DNA of 64,000 nucleotides from Eledone cirrhosa (lineage: Eukaryota), in contig OZ024742.1 in the NCBI GenBank assembly GCA_964016885.1, positions 101,990,001-102,054,000 of the forward strand, read 5' to 3'. Position 1 is the first letter of the stretch; each line of letters opens with the position of its first letter. Shown in pieces: positions 9,659 through 25,220 of the stretch. The notes beneath the pieces are model-generated. The model was not told the origin of the DNA. It ran no database searches and was given only the letters and a program-made list of their open reading frames with translations. The position numbers and the translations under genes were made by a program.

Positions 9659-12480
9659 CCATCACCATCACCACCACCATCACCACTACCATCACCACTA
9701 CCATCACAACCACAACCACCACAACCACTACCACCACTATCACCACCACCACTATCACCATCACCACTACCACCACTATCATCACCACCAGCACTATCAT
9801 CACCACCACCACTATCACCACCACCACCACCACTATCACCACCACCACCACCACTATCACCACCACTACCACTATCATCACCACCACCACTATCATCACC
9901 ACCACCACTATCACCACCACCACCACCACTATCACCACCACCACCACTATCATCACCACCACCACTATCATCACCACCACCACTATCATCACCACCACCA
10001 CTATCATCACCACCACCACTATCACCACCACCACCACCACTATCACCACCACTACCACTATCATCACCACCACCACTATCATCACCACCACCACTATCAC
10101 CACCACCACTATCACCACCACTACCACTATCACCACCACCACCACTATCACCACCACCACCACTATCACCACCACCACCACTATCATCACCACCACCACT
10201 ATCATCACCACCACCACTATCACCACCACCACCACTATCACCACCACCACCACCACTATCACCACCACTACCACTATCACCACCACCACCACTATCACCA
10301 CCACCACCACTATCATCACCACCAGCACTATCATCACCACCACCACTATCACCACCACCACCACTATCACCACCACCACCACTATCATCACCACCACCAC
10401 TATCATCACCACCACCACCACTATCATCACCACCAGCACTATCATCACCACCACCACTATCACCACCACCACCACTATCACCACCACCACCACTATCACC
10501 ACCACCACCACTATCATCACCACCAGCACTATCATCACCACCACCACTATCACCACCACTACCACTATCACCACCACCACCACTATCATCACCACCACCA
10601 CTATCATCACCACCACCACCACTATCACCACCACCACCACTATCATCACCACCACCACCACTATCACCACCACCACCACTATCATCACCACCACCACTAT
10701 CATCACCACCACCACTATCACCACCACCACCACTATCATCACCACCACCACTATCATCACCACCACCACCACTATCATCACCACCAGCACTATCACCACC
10801 ACCACCACTATCATCACCACCACCACTATCATCACCACCACCACTATCATCACCACCACCACTATCACCACCACCACCACTATCACCACCACCACCACTA
10901 TCACCACCACCACCACTATCACCACCACCACCACTATCATCACCACCACCGCTATCATCACTACCACCACCACTATCACCACCACTACCACTATCACCAC
11001 CACCACCACTATCACTACCGCCACCACCACCACCACTATTGCCGCCACCACCACCACTATTGCCGCCACCACCACCACTATTGCCGCCACTACCACCACT
11101 ATCATCACCACCACCACTATTATCACCACCACCACCACTATCACCACCACCACCACTATCACCACCACCACTATCACCACCACCACCACTATCACCACCA
11201 CCACTATCACCACCACCACTACCACCACTATCACCACCACCACCACCACCACTATCACCACCACCACTATCACCACCACCACTATCACCACCGCTACCGC
11301 CACCACCACCACCATTGCCACCACCATTGCCACCACCACCACTATCACCACCGCCACTACTATCACCCTCACCTCCACTGCCACAACCACCGCCACTACC
11401 ACCACCACCACTATTGCCACCACCACTATCACCACCACCACTATCATCATCACCACCACCACTATCATCACCATCACCACCACCACCACCCCTATCACCA
11501 CCACCATCACCACCACCACCATCACCACCACCATCACCACCACCACCACCACCACCACCACCACCACCCCTATCACCACCACCACCACCACCACCCCTAT
11601 CATAACACCACCCCTATCACCACCACCACCACCACCACCACCACTATCACCACCACCACCACCACCACAAACCACCACTATCACCACCACCACCACCACC
11701 CACCACCATCACTATCACCACCACCACCACTATCACCACCACCACCACTATCACCACCACCACCACTATCACCACCACCACTATCACCACCACCACCATC
11801 ACCTCCACTATCACCACCACCACCATCACCTCCACTATCACCACCACCACCACTATCACCACCACCACTATCACCACCACCACCATCACCTCCACCACCA
11901 CCACCACCACTATCACCACCACCACCATCACCTCCACCACCACCACCACTATCACCACCACCACCACCACCACTGTCACCACCAACCACTATCACCACCA
12001 ACCACTATCACCACCACCACTATCACCACCACCACTATCACCACCACCACCACCACCACTATCACCACCACCACCACCACCACTATCACCACCACCACCA
12101 CCACTGTCACCACCAACCACTATCACCACCACCACCATCACCTCCACCACCACCACTATCACCACCACCACCACCACCACTGTCACCACCAACCACTATC
12201 ACCACCAACCACTATCACCACCACCACTATCACCACCAGCACCACCATCACCACCACTATCACTACCACCACCACCACTATCACCACCACTATCACTACC
12301 ACCACCACCACTATCACCACCACTATCACTACCACCACCACCACTATCACCACCACTATCACCACCAACCACTATCACCACCCCGTCACCACCACCACCC
12401 CGTCACCACCACCACCACCACGCCATCCCACCACCACCACGCCATCCCACCACCACCACCACCACATTACAACCATCACT
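9659..12480. repeat. Degenerate (CCA)n / CCACTATCA trinucleotide-based satellite, ~2.8 kb
   Basis: Seen directly; source of the poly-Pro, poly-His and poly-Val ORFs. Confidence 0.95.
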
Positions 12481-12839
12481 GCTAATGCTCCCTAAAGTTA
12501 TCACCCATGTGAGCTGTCACATTTAGTCCTCACCACAATTGTCACCTTTAACAATTTCATCCTGATGCTTTCCTCCCCACCCTATACTTGGAAGGGTTGG
12601 GGAGTTGCTGCTACATGGTTTTGGTAGTAGTTGTACCTAGAGAGTAGGTAGGGGTTGTATGTTTATCCCATTCCCACCTCTATCTGTTTCTCTTTATCCT
12701 CACCCCTCCATCCATATCTTACCCTCTGTGTCTTGTACTCCCTCTCCACTTACCTTGTCTCCCCTACCTCATTGTCTCCCCCCCCCCGCCTGCTATACCA
12801 TCACTGGGAGTTGACTCCATTAACTATGTTCCTTACACG

Positions 12840-14040
12840 CACACACACACACACTTATGCCTATACACACGCACATGCCTATATACAAATACATACACAC
12901 ATATGTCTATATACAAATACATACACACACACACACACACATATATACCTATATGCAAGTAAACATGCACACATATGCCTATATACAAGTACACATGCAC
13001 ACACACATACATACCTATATACAAATACACACACACACATATATACCTATATACAAATACACACACACACATATATACCTATATACAAATACACATGCAC
13101 ACACACATATACCTATATACAAATACACATGCACACACATGCCTATATACAAATACACATGCACACACATATACCTATATACAAATACACATGCACACAC
13201 ACACATGCCTATATACAAATACACATGCACACACACATGCCTATATACAAATACACATGCACACACACATATACCTATATACAAATACACATGCACACAC
13301 ACATGCCTATATACAAATACACATGCACACACATATGCCTATATACAAATACACATGCACACACACATGCCTATATACAAATACACATGCACACACACAT
13401 GCCTATATACAAATACACATGCACACACATGCCTATATACAAATACACATGCACACACACATGCCTATATACAAATACACATGCACACACACATGCACCT
13501 ATATACAAATAGACATGCACACACACATGCCTATATACAAATACACATGCACACACATATGCCTATATACAAATACACATGCACACACACATATACCTAT
13601 ATACAAATACACATGCACACACACATATACCTATATACAAATACACATGCACACACACATGCCTATATACAAATACACATGCACACACACATGCCTATAT
13701 ACAAATACACATGCACACACACATGCCTATATACAAATACACATGCACACACACATATACCTATATACAAATACACATGCACACACACATATACCTATAT
13801 ACAAATACACATGCACACACACATGCCTATATACAAATACACATGCACACACACATGCCTATATACAAATACACATGCACACACATATACCTATATACAA
13901 ATACACATGCACACACACATATACCTATATACAAATACACATGTACACACACATGCCTATATACAAATACACATGCACACACATATGCCTATATACACAT
14001 GAACAGACACACATATATGCACACACACACATGCACACGC
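12840..14040. repeat. ~28-32 bp minisatellite (CCTATATACAAATACACATGCACACACACATG)
   Basis: Tandem copies seen directly. Confidence 0.95.
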
Positions 14041-14163
14041 GCAATCACCATGCAGGTAAAATACTGACGTGGTTAGTGTGGCAGGGTGGAATGTTAGTAT
14101 ATTCATCTTCACAAATAATGTTGATGGAGATGATTGCTTAAATAATCTGCATCTTGCTCTACA

Positions 14164-14208
<45 letters not shown>

Positions 14209-14509
14209 GTGTATTCTCTCTAGTCTTTCCACACATAGACACTAAAGACATCTCATGTAGACACTCACCTTACTCTTCACCCTATGTGTGTTTGTGTTTG
14301 TATATGTGTTTGTATATGTGTGTGCATGTGTGTGTGTAATTATGTCTCATATAAAATAATACTACTGGTCTTCCGCAAAATACATATAGTTAGCACCCCA
14401 AACGTAAAATTGGGATTATACTAAGGTATATCCTAATGTTTGTTGAGTGAGATGGGAGCCAGTCAGAGTATAGCTTAAGGCTTTCTCTGTTAATGTATTG
14501 AGTATATAT

Positions 14510-14902
14510 GGAGGCACATGGCTTAGTGGTTAGAGCATTGGCCTTACAATCGAAAGGTTGTGAGTTCAATTCTCAGACAGGGTGATGTGTTGTTTCCTTG
14601 AGCAAGACACTTTATTTCACATTGCTCCAGTTTACTCAGCTGTAGAAATGAGATGATAGGACTGGGGTCCTATCATTCCACTGCAAAGTGGTCATGGAGG
14701 TGCCACATCAAAAAAGCATCCAGCACTCACTGTAAATGAGGTTGGTGTTAGGAAGGGCATCCAGCTGTAGAAATCAAGCCAGAATCAGTTCCCGTATGAG
14801 CAAGACAAGGTCAGCCTACCGGACACTGCCCACAAAGCGACAACCCGTCTAACCCGTCTAACCCATGCTAGCATGGAAGAACGGATGTAAAATGATGATG
14901 AT
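14510..14902 (+). mobile_element. tRNA-derived SINE (family S1) with CORE-like domain and (TGA)n tail
   Basis: A box TGGCTTAGTGG, B box GTTCAATTCT, CCTTGAGCAAGACACTT; close copy at 61697-62042. Confidence 0.85.
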
Positions 14903-15027
14903 ATATATATATATAAGGTGTTCAAAATTATGTATACACGCTTCAGCATTCTAATAAGTGTATATATGTTTCGGGGACACCCAGTACACACGTGTGTGTG
15001 TACTGGGTGTATGTGTAACCTTAATTA

Positions 15028-15289
15028 TTCACATAAATCTTGCAAAACAAATATAATTGTTTCTACTTTTGGCACAAGGCCAGCAATTGTCCCAGTGCAT
15101 TACTGGTACTTTATTTTATCGACCCCGTAAGGATGAAAGGCCAAAGTTAACCTTCAAATCCCGCCGAGGTTAACTTTGTCTTTCATCCTTACAGGGTCGA
15201 TAAAATACCAGTAATGCACTGGGACAGTTGCTGGACTTGTGCCAAAAGTAGAAACAATTATATTTGTTTTGCAAGATTTTTTATGTGAA
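15028..15289. repeat. Palindrome made of two opposed 3' halves of SINE family S2 plus flank
   Basis: Arms ~15028-15152 and ~15166-15289 are near reverse complements; both contain the TTTCATCCTTAC(A/G)GGGTCGATAAAATA core. Confidence 0.85.
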
Positions 15290-15708
15290 AATCTGTTTTG
15301 TTTATATTTTGGATTTGTTTTTGAAAATTTGATGACCAGGTTAATTGTATATTGAGTGAGCTATAGGTGATCTAAAATCAATTAATATTGGTGGTGATCC
15401 CATGTAGGGTACTTACTTACCTTGTTATATTTGAACTTCAACCAATGTGCCCTGCTGTTTTAAGGACAGTCGGATGGATGTTGTTTGAGGGTGATGTGGC
15501 TGCTATTTCTAACAGTTTATGTAACCATGTTTGTGGTGTCTACCTTACTATAATAGTGGTGGTGACTATAGAAGTGAAAAGTACTGGAGTCATATGACTC
15601 CAGTTCCCCAGTGAATTAACAACCCAACAAGGAACTGGGCATATCAGAGTATTGACAATATCATACACCTAAACAACATATGTACTTGTCTATACCATAC
15701 TAATTCAA

Positions 15709-15763
15709 ACTGCCTGAAGAGGTCACAGCCAAAGATGGCTGTCACTGAAATATATATAGCAGT
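15709..15763 (+). ncRNA. Type I hammerhead in a solo PLE pLTR remnant (~15600-15909)
   Basis: ACTGC-CTGAAGA-GGTCACAGCC aaagat GGCTGTCACT-GAAA-TATATA-TA-GCAGT, followed by AATAAA; tail runs into (TA)n at 15910. Confidence 0.85.
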
Positions 15764-15904
15764 AATAAACGAAGCTAAATTTTAATCATTTGACTTTTAT
15801 TTAACTTTATTTTACACTACTCCGGAGTAACCAAACCAACCTGCGCACTTCGTCGAGTGCTCCAGTCTGCATACTGAGGTGTTGGTATACAACCAACATA
15901 AACT

Positions 15905-15953
<49 letters not shown>

Positions 15954-16337
15954 GGATCGATATACTTTCGTCAAATCGGTCTTTCCAGTTGCTAGTACTA
16001 TCTATCGGTCACAACTCCAGGTAGAAGGAGCAACGTGAAATAAAATGTCTTGCTCAAATTTTGATATTCAATCAAATATTTTTCTGTCTATCTAATGTTT
16101 AACTCTTAATATTCTGTACCACATTAAACCACATTAGTGAGACATTCTTGAAAAGTATAAAACAGCATTGTGGCTGCATTTCATTAACAAAATTAGTCCT
16201 TACATTTTAATACTGCAAATTTCCACAATCTGTCAACAGGTAAACAGATTACAAACAATTGAATTAAACCTATTTTGAAATATTTTCTGCTAAATTATTA
16301 CAAGATGTTAAGAGTTGAGCCATACAATGTGTTTTAA

Positions 16338-16554
16338 CCCTTTAGCATTTACATTACTCTATATTTACTATATATTTTCATGGTAAAGGCTTTACCTCAC
16401 ATAACTATCTCACATAATATCGAATCTATGAGATTTTGATATTTATTTTGAGAACAATACCTTAACATAAGTACGAGTAGCCAGTTACAGCTGGTTTGAA
16501 CAGAAAGAGGTGAGAGAATTCTGGTCGGTTACGGCCGGTTTAAATGCTAATGGG
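16338..16554. mobile_element. piggyBac-like MITE
   Basis: TTAA|CCCTTTAGCATTTA ... TAAATGCTAATGGG|TTAA: TIRs with TTAA target duplication. Confidence 0.75.
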
Positions 16555-17310
16555 TTAAGGCCACCTTCCCCACTAAAGCAAGGGTTAAGCATTGTAGATT
16601 TCTTAATGAACTTTATATCCACCATGGGGTCTTTTTTTAGGGTACTGTTTTACAGATTGATGCCCTTTTTAGTTTTACTTCTAATGTTTAAGAAATAGGA
16701 AGGAATGTATATATTTCACATAACCTCATCTGTTCATATTTGTTGAGATGGTTGACAACTCCCACTGACAATGTTTTCCTCTTGAGGAAAAATTAAGTTT
16801 GCCTTTTAAGAATATGGATGTGGCCCAAGGGAATTATTTGATGACAGGATAGAGGTAATAAAAAAATTGTTAGTATATGATATATGTTACAAACTGTAGC
16901 AGAAATAGATGAGTTAAGACTTTTTCTGAATACAACACTCTTTTGGGAAATGTTATTGTCAGTCCTCAGCCAATAGGCATTCTACTCCTAACCATTTCAT
17001 CTTTTCTTTTATACTATATAGCACTTAAGTTGTCCAATGTGTTTTGCCATCTTTAAGGTAGTTGTAGTCTGGCTACCATTTCTAGCAAGTTGCGTGATCA
17101 TGCAGAGGTTCCCATGTTGACTTGTTTTGTAGTTGTTTTGAAACCTTGAGATTGTGTCCATTAAGTGACATTTTTTATTGCTTGTAACAGGCAACAACTA
17201 GTGACAAACCAGCTGCCAACCCTAATACAATACACAAGTTCATCCTATATAATTGTTTCTACTTTTGGCACAAGGCCAGCAATTATCCCACTGCTCAGAC
17301 ATCTATGATT

Positions 17311-17349
<39 letters not shown>

Positions 17350-17357
<8 letters not shown>

Positions 17358-17730
17358 ACTGTCTTCACACACACACACTAGACTGTCTTCACACACACAC
17401 ACTAGACTGTCTTCACACACATACACACTAGACTGTCTTCACACACATACACACTAGACTGTCTTCACACACACACACACTAGACTGTCTTCACACACAC
17501 ACACTAGACTGTCTTCACACACACACACTAGACTGTCTTCACACACACACACTAGACTGTCTTCACACACACACACACACGACTGAGTTCCCACACTCAT
17601 ACACACCACTAGGCTGTATATTTACAAACACACACACACACACACACACACACTAGACTGAGTTCCCACACTCATACACACCACTAGGCTGTATATTTAC
17701 AAACACACACACACACACACACTAGACTAG
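17350..17730. repeat. ~20-24 bp minisatellite (CTAGACTGTCTT(CA)n) and variants
   Basis: Tandem copies seen directly. Confidence 0.9.
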
Positions 17731-19639
17731 ACTATAACTTCCCACATAAACCTCCACACATTCTAGGCTGTATCTTCCTCCACAAAAAGGCCACCTGCTT
17801 GGTAAACCCTCCACTCCCTCTCAACGTTTTCTTGTGTCTTTTCCAGTTTTGTTGGGTGTGGCTAGAAAGGAGTAGCAAGGTGTATTTCATTGTTAAGCCC
17901 CTGTCAAGATAGTTTTCATACTATTATTTTGTTTGTTACTTAATAAAGGCCCTTAAAGGGTGATCATCACATGAAAGGGCTTCTTTCATTTCACCCAAAA
18001 GAAATGGTTTCTCTTTATGTTACCCCTTAAGTCTCATTCTCCCTAAATTTTTCTATCTCACCTGCACTCCCTTCTTTCTCAACCTTTTACTACCTCTCCC
18101 CCTTTCTCTCTTAACTTGTTTCATTTCTCTCTCTCCCCTTTCTCTCTCCATTTTCTTTCTCCACTCCCACTCTTGACTCTCTACTTCTCTTCTTCCTCTC
18201 CTCTTCCTTTCTTGTCTCTACTCCCCCTTCCCCTCCTCTTCCTTTCTTGTCTCTACTCCCCCTTCCCTTTCATCCTCTCTGCCTCTCTCTCCACCCCTCT
18301 TGCTGTCTCCCCCTTCCCTCTCTCCATCTCTCTCTACCCCACACTCCCCCCACACTCCACCCCTCCCTCTCCACCCAGCTCTATATATTTAGTCAATATA
18401 TTTAAAAATTGACCACAACCTTCTTGGTCAGTCTGTCAGTGGCTTGTGTTGTCTGTTACCTCCCTCACCACCCACCATTAATAGATTTTCTCCTGTGAAC
18501 TTTTAGACACCCTGCCCACCTGTTATTTCCACCAGTAGCCCCTTATAGACGGAGTTTGCTAAATTCATGTGAACCAGCAAGGAACCCTCTACATCTGTGA
18601 TTGGCAAACTTTTAGAGGTGGGCCACAATGGAACTGTTTTTATGTGTTGCTGGCCAAAGATTGAGAAGGAAAACCAGAAATGTTTATATGACACATATTC
18701 TTAATTTGCCATATGTTTGCTGAAAGACCTGCTAGAAATAGTTGCTAAATTTCCCTCACATTCCACTCGGCCATTTTAATAAGAGAAGGACAGGTTGGAT
18801 AATATAGGTTCAAGATACAATTTCCGAAAGACCCCCACCTCCCCCAAAAGCCTCCCCTTTGATTAAAGATCTGTTGGATTAGGGCTGAATTGGGGCTAAA
18901 CAACTAAGTTCCTCTCATTTAAGGGTCTGTCTGGGGCATTACTTGTGTTTTAACACCTTTTGCTGTTGTCTTTTGTTCACCTGCCACATTGTCAATTACC
19001 CCATACCTATAGTAACTCCCCCTGTCATCTGTCTATTCCTCCTCCCACCCTAACTCTCTTTTTATAGAGAGTAATATTTCTGATTAATCATTCATTCCTA
19101 CCCTACCCCCCACTAGTAATTGTTTATAATTCATGTCCCACTACTATTGTACTCTCATCTCTCTCTCTCTCCTTTACTTCACTCTCCTTGTTTCACCATC
19201 CTCATCTTTCTCTCTTACTCCAACTCTCCCCCTGTCTCTCGCTTTCTCTCTCTCTCTCTCACCCCACCCTCTCATTTTATCACATCCTCTCTCTTCCCAT
19301 CTCTACTCTCTTTAACCTCTCCCCCTATACCTACCACCCTCTCACCACACTACTATATTCTATATCATATCTCTACCTCCCACCTCACCCATTGCCACCA
19401 CTCCAATTTGCAACACACGCACGAACACATACATACACATAACACACACACACGAACACATATATACACATAACACACGAACACATACATGCACATAACA
19501 CACACATAACCACATACATACACATAATACACACACACACGAACACATACATACACATAACACACGAACACATACATACACATAACACACGGACACATAC
19601 ATACACTTAAACACACACACGAACACATACATACACTTA

Positions 19640-19708
<69 letters not shown>

Positions 19709-21239
19709 CCACCTCATCAACACTACCTTCATATTGTAATCTTTCTCTCATATCATTTGACAATTTTTCAAAATGTTCTTTGGAAGGTTTTATTCACTCT
19801 CTTCCTTATCAGAAGACATCCTTTTTCTCTTCCACTTCACCCCTTTTTCTTTAACCCGTTTTCTCTCACAGTCTCCATCTTTCTTTTCTCTTTATCTACT
19901 CCCTCTTCTGGCTCCCTTCCCACCCCATTTTCTCATTGCCCATCTCTCCTTCTTTTCACTCATGCCCTCTCACTCTATTACACCATCACCACTACCACCA
20001 CCTCTAGAACAACAATCTTGACTTCTGTATCTTTTATACTACACATAAAACAGCCCTCTCTTCCCTATATCTACTCCCATGGGCCACACCCACATCACTT
20101 CCTCACTATGTTTCTCCTAATATTTTCTCTCATTTCTTGTAGCTCATTTATAAACACTTGGTGTCAACTAGAAATTACTAGTTATATTTTGGGATTTCAA
20201 ATGCCCCTGGAGCAACTTTGTCTACAACTCTTTTGATACTAATCAGCCCCAAAACACCTCTATGTAACAAAACCATCCATTTTGAAAGTTTTCTATTGAA
20301 ATTTAAATCTTCCAACATAATTTTATATACAAGCCTTTTTGTGTTATAATACTACCCAAAATAATTATTGTTAATCCCTCCAAATTCTTCATTAATTCAA
20401 ATACGGGTTTTTTTTATTTTTATCAGAAATAGGGTAATGAAAAGAATAAAAAATGCTTTGAAAGCCATAGGTAATCTTTCATTAAAAATATAGCAGAAAG
20501 GTATAAAGTTTATGTAGAAACCTATTTGATCTTGAAGGCCTGACCTGCAACATACAATGTGGCCTGACCTACCCCTTCCACCCTTCTACACTCAACAGAA
20601 CATGTCCTTATTTATTCATAGGTCATCTATCAGGCCTTTTTAACCCCTTGCTTTCTCTTCTTGCTATCTAAGCAGTCTCACTCTTGAAATTAATTGGCTC
20701 TGAAGTAAGAAATATATTCAGTGTGTATTCTTGAATATATTTGGAGATATGTGATGGTCAGCTCTGGATTTAGACATTGGTGAAGCTTTATTTGTCATTT
20801 GTTAACAGAGAATAAGAATTTATCATCCTTTTTACATCTGTTTTTCTTTGCTTGCATGGGCTAGGTTTGTCTTTTCCATCACAGCCACCCTTCCCATGTT
20901 GCATTTTTTTGTCATCTCCTCTGTGAGGTTTAACATTTTGGGATCTGCTTTCATCACTTCTGCCCAGGTTTTCTTTGGCTTTCTTCTACTGCAAGCTTCC
21001 TTCCACTGGGAGGCTTAATCATAAGATAATGAAATCCTACAAACTTATGTGAATATAATGATAATTTTTAACAATTGATTCTAATTTGTTAATTAGTTTA
21101 AATTATATATAAAACATAATAAAAATGTAACAAATGCAGTCCTGGGGGATTTGAGTGACCACATCATACTAAGGGTCCCTCAGTTGTAGTTGTAAATCCT
21201 GGATAATGGTCCTTCTGGTTTTGAAGTAACATCTATTCA

Positions 21240-21600
21240 TCTTCCTCCTTTCTCTCCTCTTATTCCTCCTTTCTCTCCCCTTATTCCTCCTTTCTCTCCC
21301 CTTCTCCCACCTTTCTCTCCCTTTCTCCCTTCTTACTCTCCCTTTCTCCCTTCTTACTCTCCCTTTCTCCCTCCTTACTCCCCCGCTTGTTCTCCCTCGT
21401 TCTCCCCTTCTCCCTCGTTCTCCCCTTCTCCCTCGTTCTCCCCTTCTCCCTCCTCGTTCTCCCCTTCTCCCTCCTCGTTCTCCCCTTCTCCCGCCTTGTT
21501 CTCCCCTTCTCCCGCCTTGTTCTCCCCTTCTCCCGCCTTGTTCTTCCCTTCTCCCTCCTTGTTCTCCCCTTCTCCCTCTTTACTCTTCTTATCTCTCCTT
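21240..21600. repeat. Pyrimidine-rich 18-21 bp minisatellite
   Basis: Tandem GTTCTCCCCTTCTCCC... units. Confidence 0.85.
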
Positions 21601-22364
21601 ATTCCCCCACCTTCTCTGCTCTCACATCTCTCCTTCCTTTTCCTCTTCTCCTTACCCTTATCCCCCTCCATCCCTACTCTCCTCCACTCTCTTCCTCCCT
21701 ACTACCTCCTCTCCCCCACACCCTCATTGCTCTATCTCCTTACCTCCTCATTGCGCTCCCCTCTCATTGCTTCACCCTTTCCTTGCTCTCCCTCCTCTCA
21801 TTAAATCACTACAGCCTGATCTACAGCCTGCTAAGCTGTTGTTGGCAAGTTAGAGGATATATTTCATAAAGATGGAGGAGGGATGAACAATCCGTGTTTT
21901 GTGTTCAATGGAAGATGTTGTAATATCAATTGACACAGGAATGTGCATGCTTCTCTTAGTATGTGTGTGCATGTCTTTATTGCTAGAGTTTGTGCATGTG
22001 TGTTTTTGTTGCTTGTGTGTATATATGTGTGTCTTTGTTGCTTGTGTGTATATATGTGTGTCTTTGTTGCTTGTGTGTATATATGTGTGTCTTTGTTGCT
22101 TGTGTGTATATGTCTTTTGTTACTTGTGTATATATGTATGTGTGTTTTTGTTGCCTATGTGTATATATGTATGTGTCTTTGTTGCTTGTGTGTGTATGTA
22201 TGTGTGCCTTTGTTGCTTGTGTGTGTATGTATGTGTGTCTTTGTTGCTTCTATGTATATATGTATGTGTCTCTTTGTTGTTTGTGTGTATATGTGACTAT
22301 GTATGTACATCTTTAGTTGTCTGTGTATGTCTTTGTTGTTTATATTTATACCTGTCTTTGTTGT

Positions 22365-22435
<71 letters not shown>

Positions 22436-22859
22436 CTTTGATGCTTGTATCTATGTATATGTGTATATTGATGTCTTTGTAAGTTTGTGTGAATGTTTTT
22501 TTGAAGTTGATCTATGGAATAACAGTGAAGCTGTTTCAATGATATTTAGACCTCTTCTTCCCTCTTTCCCATAGAGAGACTACTGGAATGTTGTTCTGGT
22601 GTTATCAATATGGCTTCTCAACTGTTTTACTAATTGCTTCCACAAGACCAGCAGTTTGTGGGGAAGTGTAAGTCATTATATCAACCCCAGTACTTGACTG
22701 GTATTTCATTTTATTGATCCCTGGAAAGATGAAAGGTAAAGTTGGCCATGATGAGATTGAAATTCAGAGTAGGAAAGGAAGGAAATGGTGATCGACAAGT
22801 TCCTCGACCTCATTCATTTACCAAGTGGAGTGGAACTCATCAAATCGGACTAAGGAATC

Positions 22860-23026
22860 GATATTTCCATTGGTCTTTCCATTTCTGATACTATCTACCG
22901 GTTGCAACTCCTGACAGAAAGAGCAACTGGAAATGAAGTGTTTTGCTCAAGGACATAACACATCGCCTGGTCTGGGAATCGAACTTGCAACCTCATGATT
23001 ATGAATCTAATTCTCTAACCACTAAG
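22860..23026 (-). mobile_element. SINE S1-related fragment (tRNA head)
   Basis: Reverse complement CTTAGTGGTTAGAG...GTTCGATTCCC...TCCTTGAGCAAAACACTT. Confidence 0.65.
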
Positions 23027-23125
23027 TGTACTGGAACAAATATTGTAAAGCATTCTATCCAACACCCCAATGATTTTGGCAATCCACTACACTGATTTCT
23101 TCTAAAACTATGTAACTGTGTGTGA

Positions 23126-23417
23126 CTTCAGCATTTAAACCAGCTCTATCCGACCAGAATTCTCTCACTTCTTTCTGTTCAAACCGGCTGTAACCGGCCA
23201 CTCATTCTGATGTTAAGGTATTGTTCTCAAAATAAATAATATCCAAATCTCATAGATTAGATAATGTGAGATAAAGCCTTTACTTTGAAAATACAGTAGT
23301 AAATATAGAGTAATGTAAATGCTAAAGGGTCAATGTTTTTATGAAACAGCTGGTTTGAAAAGAAAGAGGTGAGAGAATTCTGGCTGGATATGGCCAGTTT
23401 AAATGCTAAAGGGTTAA
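23126..23417. mobile_element. Second copy (reversed) plus an opposed partial copy of the piggyBac-like MITE
   Basis: Homologous to 16338-16554; ends TAAATGCTAAAGGG|TTAA. Confidence 0.7.
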
Positions 23418-24586
23418 TGTAATCTTCAATCAGTATAAGCTCGACTCTTCACATGACAAGTACAGCCCATTAAACAGGTTTCTATACAGTTTCTGACTCT
23501 CAATTTAACTGAGGGTTTAAGTTGAACCAATTCTGATAGAAGATTCTTGCTCAAGATGCCAGCCAGTGGGATTGAACCAATGACTGCAAACACACATGCA
23601 CATTTATTTAGGGTGTGTGTTATGTTGTGTGCTGTTTATTAAATTCTTTCATTTTCTAGATGAAATTTAAATTTGTTCCTAATTGTTGTATTTTGACCCA
23701 GTTCTAGATGAATTTTTAATTTCATTTTCTTTGTGCGGTTTTCTTTTTTTCTATTTATTTTTGTTTCCTGTCTCTGCCTTCCAATTAGTTAAAATGTTAT
23801 CAAATTATATTGTAAAAACATTAAAACAACAAAAATAACAACAAATATAAACCTTACAAAGTAAAATCTAAGCCTATTGAAGTTCTCTTTTTCTGTTTGT
23901 AGAATCACAATTTAAGGAGACCTCTTGTTTTAAAAAAGTGACTATTATTCTCTAATGTCCATTTAGTGATTTAACCCTTTCATTGCCATACTCCTCATGA
24001 AACAGTCTGTAATCAAATAATTTTGAAAATAGAGATTTTGAAGGGATTTAGTAATGATTATTTTTCATGTTTGCATGGGTTAGATGGGCTGTCACATACT
24101 GTGGTTAGACTGGTTAGGTGACTGTCCTGCTAATACATTCCTGTTGTGGCTAGGTTTTTATGGTTTTAATACTGCCAACTACTTTACAGTATGCAATGGG
24201 AGCATTTTATTGTGATTCCAGCACTATCACTTTATATCATCATCATCACTGTTTAGTGTCTGTTTTTCCATGTTGGCATGGGTTAGATAAGTCATCCATG
24301 TTATGAGACAAGTTTAGTCAATTGGCCGTGCCATACTTTGCTCAAATGGAAATGTACTTTGGGTGTTTTTTTACAGCTGGATGCCCTTCCTAACACCAAC
24401 CACGTTTACAATGTGGAACTGGGTGGTCTCGTTATGAGAAGGGACAGGCCAGTTGGCTGGGTCATACCTTGCTCATAGTGGAACCGTATTTTAGGAGCTG
24501 GCTGGTCCCGCTATGAGGAAGGTCTGACCAGTTGGTTATACCATACCTTGCTCAGAGCGGGACCATTTTTTGGCTGGGTTATATAT

Positions 24587-24629
<43 letters not shown>

Positions 24630-24661
24630 CATACACCCCCCCCCCCCACACACACACACCT

Positions 24662-25150
24662 TAACTATAATAAAGGAAGGTCTGTGGGATTGCGTCCAGA
24701 ATATATTTTTTTACCCCATTTGTAAAAAATAAGTTGGATTACTTTGAATAAATAATGAATGAATATTACATAATTTATGTGCTAAATTTTGTGGCTGTTG
24801 ATTAAATATATCTTATAGCTTTATCTTTAAATTCACTTCTTTAAAATTATCAAATGTCAACACTTCCGGTTAGCGGCCATTATATTATAACACTTATAAT
24901 CGCATATATTCCCCTTTGCTAATTTTCTCCTAATGCAGTTTATATATAATGTCGTCTTTTTTTAAATATATCATGGATTACTGATTACAGAAGACAGTGT
25001 AACATAGGCTTTGTTCAATTTCTGTGTATATTGTCAATTACGATTTTATTTGATGTATCATATTTACATGCATATATATTTGTGTATAATATCAATATAC
25101 ACACTACACATGCTAGCAGAAAACCACCTGTAGGGTGGTTTTTCTGCTCG
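24662..25150 (+). mobile_element. Possible non-autonomous Helitron
   Basis: Starts TAACTATAATAAAGG; ends with the hairpin AGCAGAAAACCACC..GGTGGTTTTTCTGCT followed by CG (a CTAG-like end). Confidence 0.4.
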
Positions 25151-25187
25151 TATATATAACTAAGTTCTGCATTAGCTCACCATAGAT

Positions 25188-25219
<32 letters not shown>

Positions 25220-25220
<1 letters not shown>

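Noticed and set aside
9521-12485. 694-aa Pro-rich (extensin-like) and 977-aa His-rich ORFs
   Set aside because: Translations of a (CCA)n-type satellite, open in several frames on both strands, with no unique domain
14510-14585. tRNA gene (also 61697 and 37292)
   Set aside because: A and B boxes are present but there is no complete cloverleaf, and the sequence continues into a SINE body and tail
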